Shown in pieces: positions 58,837 to 64,000 of a stretch of 64,000 nucleotides of DNA. The notes under the pieces were generated by a model that saw only the letters and a program-made list of their open reading frames with translations, made no database searches and was not told where the DNA came from. Position numbers and translations under genes: made by a program. Origin of the DNA: an uncultured Bacilli bacterium (GTDB lineage Bacteria > Bacillota_I > Bacilli_A > RF39 > UBA660); contig CANPYM010000022.1 in NCBI GenBank assembly GCA_947588685.1, positions 309 to 64,308 on the forward strand. The letters run 5' to 3'. Every line of letters begins with the position of its first letter. The first letter of the stretch is position 1.

Positions 58837-59325
58837 CTATTTTGTTTCAGTGTAAACAGTGGAATTATCACTAAGTCCTGATGTTGAACTAGAAATATTT
58901 CCAGCAAAATTTGCAGAACTTGTTTTCCAAGCGTTTTCAACATCAGCTAATTTGTCAGAAAAAGCTAATAAATCGCTAATTAATGCACTACAATAGCTTT
59001 TTACAGATTCAACATAAGATACAACTGCTTGTTGTATTTCTTCACTTTTATAAGCACCTGATGCATCAGCGTTAGCATCGATTTCACCTATTTTTGCTTG
59101 TAAATTACTAACAGATGTTCTTATTGCTTCACGCATTGTAGGAACTTTAGCAGCATTAATACCAACGACATCTAAACCGCCGCCACCAAAAAGTGATCCT
59201 AGAGATCCTAAAATACCGCCACCATCTGCAGCTGTACGTGTAGCAGCTCTTCCATCCATTGCTGCTTGTGCAGCTTGTTTTGCATCAAATTCTGATACTG
59301 TTTGTGTTGCTTCCCAATTTGCCAT
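58837..59325 (-). CDS. WXG100-like protein with about 50-aa Ala/Gly-rich N-terminal extension
   Basis: 162 aa; extension ending GGGILGSLGSLFGGGG, then hairpin with GAYKS turn; SD AGGAGG. Confidence 0.65.
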   Translation of the reverse strand: MANWEATQTVSEFDAKQAAQAAMDGRAATRTAADGGGILGSLGSLFGGGGLDVVGINAAKVPTMREAIRTSVSNLQAKIGEIDANADASGAYKSEEIQQAVVSYVESVKSYCSALISDLLAFSDKLADVENAWKTSSANFAGNISSSTSGLSDNSTVYTETK

Positions 59326-59336
59326 AATTATCCTCC

Positions 59337-59645
59337 TTACTCACCAATCATATTTTCGTCCTGATTATAATAATAGTTTGCTAACTCTGATAGTCTTGCA
59401 TCCAAATCATTATACTCAGCCGTTAAATCGCTTTTTATTAAATCGATTTCAGCTTGTAACTGCTCCTTAAATCTGTCACATGAAACTCCTACCCAACCAC
59501 CGTCAACAGCTGTTACGATATTTTGGTATTCAGTATCAAGGTTTTCTGACATTGTTGTTAAAATTTGAGTTTTTAAATTTTCTTTATAAGTGTTCATTCC
59601 TGAACTTGATACACCAATGTCTAAATCTCCAATTCCTAGACTCAT
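59337..59645 (-). CDS. WXG100-family protein
   Basis: 102 aa, central GGWVGVSCDRF and C-terminal YYNQD (YxxxD); SD AGGAGG. Confidence 0.85.
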   Translation of the reverse strand: MSLGIGDLDIGVSSSGMNTYKENLKTQILTTMSENLDTEYQNIVTAVDGGWVGVSCDRFKEQLQAEIDLIKSDLTAEYNDLDARLSELANYYYNQDENMIGE

Positions 59646-59646
59646 A

Positions 59647-60003
59647 CTACAATTCCTCCTTCATATTTTCTTTTTGACGGACTTGCCTTTGAGCCTCATT
59701 TATCAATTCAGTAGCTTCAACTTCAAGCTTACTATAATTGCCTTTTAATTTTAACAAGTCGTCATTATAAACTAAGATATTTTGGTTAACAGTATTTATA
59801 GTTGGGACAAGTTGCTCAAACTTGCTTCGAAATAAATCAGCTTCAGAACTAACATAATATTCTCTCGTTTCACGAATTAACATTTCAATAGCATTAGTTA
59901 TCCGCTTACTTTTTTCCGCATAGTCTATAACATCAACCATAAGCTTATCTAGTTTCGATGTCGATACACCAAGTGTATTAGAGCTATTATCCACTACTAT
60001 CAC
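59647..60003 (-). CDS. WXG100-like protein (Y-x-S turn)
   Basis: Helix-EYYVSSEADLF-helix and C-terminal YSKLE (YxxxE). The true start may be GTG 59994 behind AGGTGA. Confidence 0.7.
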   Translation of the reverse strand: MIVVDNSSNTLGVSTSKLDKLMVDVIDYAEKSKRITNAIEMLIRETREYYVSSEADLFRSKFEQLVPTINTVNQNILVYNDDLLKLKGNYSKLEVEATELINEAQRQVRQKENMKEEL

Positions 60004-60034
60004 CTACTATTAAATTAAACTATCTTACATTTTT

Positions 60035-60063
60035 ATATTAACATAATATATTACTAATTTCAA
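60035..60063 (-). promoter_or_regulatory. SigA promoter of the WXG100 array
   Basis: TTGAAA-17 nt-TAATAT with TG extended -10 on the minus strand. Confidence 0.65.
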
Positions 60064-60097
60064 CATTTTTTTGACAAATTTAACCCATTTTAGGTAC

Positions 60098-61771
60098 TTA
60101 TTTACGATTTGTTAGAACTACATTAGTAGGTTTCATACCAACATTTTGAGTGTTATATTTTGTTAAGTATGAAATTTCATCATCACTTAAAAGATTACTA
60201 GTAGATAAATTTTCATCCGACATATAGTAATTATTGTACATCGTAAACACATCTTGTGATGTAATACCTAATTGCTGAGCAAGACATCCGAAGAAAGTTT
60301 GTTGCACATTGTCATAAAAAGCAATAAAATCACTATTATACTCATCTCTAGAACTATCGTTATATTTAACTAAACGATTCATATCATTTTCAAATAGTTT
60401 TATTAATCCAAAAATTGACTCTAAACTTTCTCCTTTATTCCCTATAGCATCTAATAAATTAGTATAGAAAATTTTAGTCAAAGTTTGAGCGGCTGAACTA
60501 TATAGGGAAAACTCGTATTTATATGGCACTTCTATCTGACAATTATCATAAAAGGCTTTATTTCGACCATAAATTATTTCAAAGGAAAACATCATCTTTA
60601 TTATTTCTTCGACGTCTTCTTCACTATTTGCATTAAAAATTCTTAAAAACTTATTTAAATCAGGTTGCAAAGATAATCTTGGAATAGTTAGTTCAGATAC
60701 ATCATCACGGAGAATAGTAGCTAAAGTTAATGTATCAATAGTTTTCATATATTCGGGATAAACAATATTTTCTCCACTAACATCATTATATACATTCATC
60801 AACTTTTCAGCGCATCCCTCAACAAACCATTGATAGCTTAAAGCATTAACTGGTAAATCAGCCCATTCATAATATATTCCCGTGTTTTTTGTGTATCCTT
60901 CATGTTCTTTTTCTTCATTACTGCTCGCTTGAATTAAATGGTTAGTCTCATGACATGCTACTTCATAAAAGAAATCCATGCCGCCAAAAACTTCAATAAC
61001 ATTTATATTCAATGACAATATCTTATCATCTTCAACCATTACCCCATTACCTTGACCATGATTACACAAAATTTTTAATTCCTGTAAATTTTTATCAAGT
61101 TGATTAACATCAATATTTTGTTCATAATCTTCAGCCAAATTTTTATTAATTGTCGCTACAACGGCATTAAAAGCTTGTTCAAAATACGAACTTGAAAATT
61201 CTTCATATAATGCCCCAGTATAAGAAGCCATATATGCATTGTTATTATTAACAACTATTTCATGTAATTTATTAGCATCAACTTGACGATTGTTAATAAT
61301 TTTTAAATCACTACTTGATTCATATTCAACCATTGAATTATATTTGGCTAGAGCATCTTGGATATGAAAAAATTCACTATTTGCATAATTAGTATGATGC
61401 CCTGAAAGCAAATTCCTAAATGCCGACGTATCAACACCATTAAAATTTATTTGTTGATTATACATTTCTAAATTAGCAGTGCTTGCAGTATCCTCTTGTG
61501 GCTGAATAGGTGTAGCAGTAGAACTTGTCATCATAGAAGAGTCATCTACTGCTACTTCAATATTTTGATTATTTTCATCAATAGTATTTCCCTCATTATC
61601 ATATATTTCTACATAATATGATCCTTCATCAGCCCGAGCTGATACTTTAAAAACAGTTGCCGTTGAAACACTAAAGCCAATTATTGTAGCTAGCGAAATA
61701 GCCATTAATTTAATCCTTTTAGTTCTATTTTTAAACCATTTTACATTTATATTTCTTATCACTATAATCAC
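60098..61771 (-). CDS. Secreted or N-anchored protein with HEXXH zinc-metalloprotease-like motif
   Basis: Basic and hydrophobic N-terminus ending ARA-DE; ACHETNH (60938-60952) and downstream FVEGCAE. Confidence 0.7.
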   Translation of the reverse strand: MIIVIRNINVKWFKNRTKRIKLMAISLATIIGFSVSTATVFKVSARADEGSYYVEIYDNEGNTIDENNQNIEVAVDDSSMMTSSTATPIQPQEDTASTANLEMYNQQINFNGVDTSAFRNLLSGHHTNYANSEFFHIQDALAKYNSMVEYESSSDLKIINNRQVDANKLHEIVVNNNNAYMASYTGALYEEFSSSYFEQAFNAVVATINKNLAEDYEQNIDVNQLDKNLQELKILCNHGQGNGVMVEDDKILSLNINVIEVFGGMDFFYEVACHETNHLIQASSNEEKEHEGYTKNTGIYYEWADLPVNALSYQWFVEGCAEKLMNVYNDVSGENIVYPEYMKTIDTLTLATILRDDVSELTIPRLSLQPDLNKFLRIFNANSEEDVEEIIKMMFSFEIIYGRNKAFYDNCQIEVPYKYEFSLYSSAAQTLTKIFYTNLLDAIGNKGESLESIFGLIKLFENDMNRLVKYNDSSRDEYNSDFIAFYDNVQQTFFGCLAQQLGITSQDVFTMYNNYYMSDENLSTSNLLSDDEISYLTKYNTQNVGMKPTNVVLTNRK

Positions 61772-61812
61772 CTAATACAATTTTAACACATAAAGTTAAT
61801 AAACTTCATCTT

Positions 61813-62067
61813 TTAAATCAAAACAATGCTACTCCCATTTCTTATATTTGTTTCTCTAATCAATTGGTTTGTACCATATATTTCGCCTGTTTCACGATCG
61901 TATAATCTTACTTTATCATCAGGATTATATTCACCGCTTGTAAGTTCAAAAACAGATTTTTTTAGAAGAATTATTACGTTACATATCCTAGCATTTATGG
62001 GTAAATATACATTATATATTTCGTCAATTGTAGGTACATATAAACGAACGGCAAATTTATCATTCAT
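61813..62067 (-). CDS. Ubiquitin-like T7SS accessory protein YukD/EsaB
   Basis: 84 aa; beta-grasp pattern VRLYVP...YNVYLP...I..V...L...LIRETNIRNGSSIVLI; overlaps the essC stop. Confidence 0.8.
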   Translation of the reverse strand: MNDKFAVRLYVPTIDEIYNVYLPINARICNVIILLKKSVFELTSGEYNPDDKVRLYDRETGEIYGTNQLIRETNIRNGSSIVLI

Positions 62068-64000
62068 TTTCTTCTTCCTCCTCAACCATGTATTTTATAA
62101 TTGTATGATTTCCTTTAACGATTGAATAACCAATGCAAGGGAAATTCATTTTTCTTTCTTCAATAGTAATATTTGGAACATTAATAACCAACTGATTAGC
62201 AGCATCTTCGGCTAACCATATACCAGTTGAATTATCAACGTTAGATTGATACCACAAATCAACTTGAATATTTTTATAAGATGATAACACATCTATCAAA
62301 ACCACTTTTGCATTATTAATTGAGGTAATATTAGAAAATAATCTATTTAATAAATCCTTACTATTGTTATTTAAATACTTTTTATAGGCACCAATTCCCA
62401 AGAAAAAGTAAACTGTAACATCACTAGAATCTCTACCCTTTACAATTTCGTTATTAACTTTAACAAGATTACTGTCATAGTTGTCTTTATAACATTCTAC
62501 ATTTTCAATATCCTTTTCATAAGCTTGAACAAAATCAAATACTTTTACCTTTGTATTTTCCAGTTTTGAGCATATCCTTATAAGTGAATTAATAAAACTC
62601 ATTCGTTCAGGCGACATAGCATTAGTTACAATTTGGGTAAATGTATTGGTACTAAAGTCAAAATTAACTATTTCCTTTGTCGTTATACTATAACCAATTG
62701 GTACTTCTTTAAGATCTGTTAGTTTATCATAGAATTCACTAGCAATCACTTTGTTTGGTATTGTAGGTATACGTTTAGCCTTAATTTTATAAGCGTTATT
62801 ATATGTTTCACTAGCCCGCATAATAAATTCGTTTATTTGCTCTTTGGCTACATAGAAAGCTGTTTGAAATTCATATATTCCCTTATCCAAGAAACAAAGT
62901 CCACGGCCAAAAAATTTAGATGGAAATAGACCCTTTGGAGCACCTAGTTGGTTTCTATAATCCTCATCGTTTGGTAATTGTAGACAAAGTTTATTAGGGA
63001 AATTTTGTACTTGTCTAGATTTAAGAGTTAAAGGTGAAAGTTCACTTATAATAAATACTAATCCATATCTTGAACCATCACGATATATAGTATATAAGCT
63101 TTCAGCAAAACGTCCATACGTCTCTGTAAATACCTCTAAATTATTAATTATCGTCACAATTAAAGGTAACTTTTTATCATTGTGTTTAATATATTCTTCA
63201 TAACTACCACCAAAATCAGACATCATTTCTTTACGACGATCTAATTCTTTAAAAAGCATATCAAATATGTCATATACTTTATTTTCTTCATCGATTGTTG
63301 CAATGTCACCAATATGAGGCATCTTATTAAATATTTTTAACGATTCTGTTCCACAATCCACAATATAAAAATTAACTTCAGATGGAGTATGATCAGTAAT
63401 TGTAGATAGAAGAATGGTTGTAATTAAGTTTTCTTTACCACTACCTTGTTTACCTATAATTAAAGTATTACCTTCGTGGGTTAGGTTAAGGTGAAGAAGA
63501 TTTTGCTCTTGTGACGCTGGAACATCATATTCTCCAATGACTGGGTCAATAACATATGGTTGCTTTTGGTAATCATATTTAGTTTTCAAATTAGGGACAA
63601 AAATATTAGCTGGTATGGCATCTAGCCATAATTTATTGGAAACAATATTTTCTTTAACACCCAAATCATAAATATATTTAACAATATTAGTAAGTTGATC
63701 ACCTAAATCTTCAACAGGTGTATCATTTTTTACATTTTCTTTAGCACTCTTGATGATAGTTCCTGAATCATCGATAAAGTTGATTGAGTCGTCAACTTTT
63801 TTAACAATTTTATCACTTGGAATGTATTTGGCTCCAGCCCAACCTGATTGTCCTTTATCAAAAAAGTCATCATATCCTACCTGTAAGTAGAAACGTCCTG
63901 CTTCTTTAATACTTGCTGCATCTGGTTTCTTCAACATTTCCATACTGTCGCCACGATCCTGAACTTTAAGGCAAACCTTAAATTTAGAGTTAGACCATAT
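62060..64000 (-). CDS. essC: Type VII secretion FtsK/SpoIIIE ATPase EssC/YukB (5' truncated by window edge)
   Basis: Frame open to the window end (IWSNSKFKVCLKVQDRGDSMEML, end of ATPase D1); AGRFYLQVG, WLDAIP, GEYDVPASQEQ, GKQGSGK, YIVDCG, ELDRRK and GRGL. Confidence 0.93.
   Translation of the reverse strand: MWSNSKFKVCLKVQDRGDSMEMLKKPDAASIKEAGRFYLQVGYDDFFDKGQSGWAGAKYIPSDKIVKKVDDSINFIDDSGTIIKSAKENVKNDTPVEDLGDQLTNIVKYIYDLGVKENIVSNKLWLDAIPANIFVPNLKTKYDYQKQPYVIDPVIGEYDVPASQEQNLLHLNLTHEGNTLIIGKQGSGKENLITTILLSTITDHTPSEVNFYIVDCGTESLKIFNKMPHIGDIATIDEENKVYDIFDMLFKELDRRKEMMSDFGGSYEEYIKHNDKKLPLIVTIINNLEVFTETYGRFAESLYTIYRDGSRYGLVFIISELSPLTLKSRQVQNFPNKLCLQLPNDEDYRNQLGAPKGLFPSKFFGRGLCFLDKGIYEFQTAFYVAKEQINEFIMRASETYNNAYKIKAKRIPTIPNKVIASEFYDKLTDLKEVPIGYSITTKEIVNFDFSTNTFTQIVTNAMSPERMSFINSLIRICSKLENTKVKVFDFVQAYEKDIENVECYKDNYDSNLVKVNNEIVKGRDSSDVTVYFFLGIGAYKKYLNNNSKDLLNRLFSNITSINNAKVVLIDVLSSYKNIQVDLWYQSNVDNSTGIWLAEDAANQLVINVPNITIEERKMNFPCIGYSIVKGNHTIIKYMVEEEEENE

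Noticed and set aside
1-64000. Mollicute-type UGA=Trp recoding
   Set aside because: Genes end at TGA (e.g. yfhO, sortase, essC) and long conserved genes translate intact with the standard code

Overview
AT-rich chromosomal window (roughly 30% GC by eye, not computed), standard genetic code (TGA used as stop), from a walled, probably spore-forming Bacillota. Gene content and the many orphan ORFs suggest an uncultured Bacilli lineage such as RF39, but this is inference only. Housekeeping genes: htpG with a CIRCE operator, polC, ackA, lysS, dusB, der, rpsT, tig, the rlmN-prpC-prkC-rsgA-rpe operon, lspA-rluD, recD2 and PFOR. Scattered sporulation genes: an uninterrupted sigK, gpr and spoVIF. There are two accessory systems. 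(1) A five-gene, two-sortase pilus cluster at 7.9-15.2 kb. (2) The best candidate for an undescribed system, a type VIIb (Esx) secretion locus at 56.6-64 kb that runs off the window end: essC, a yukD/esaB-like gene, a secreted HEXXH protein, six consecutive small WXG100-like helical genes split by an internal terminator, and a DUF4176 protein with 13 copies of a YKFDENGVV motif, mostly on a 72-bp period. No toxin-immunity pair is visible in the window. Other notable points are two large non-intein insertions in PolC, a distant orphan paralog pair that both end in -AA, an unannotated 48-aa ORF and a LexA-like box at recD2. I saw no tRNA, rRNA, CRISPR array, transposase or integrase. Family calls come from motifs recognised by eye; no database search was run.
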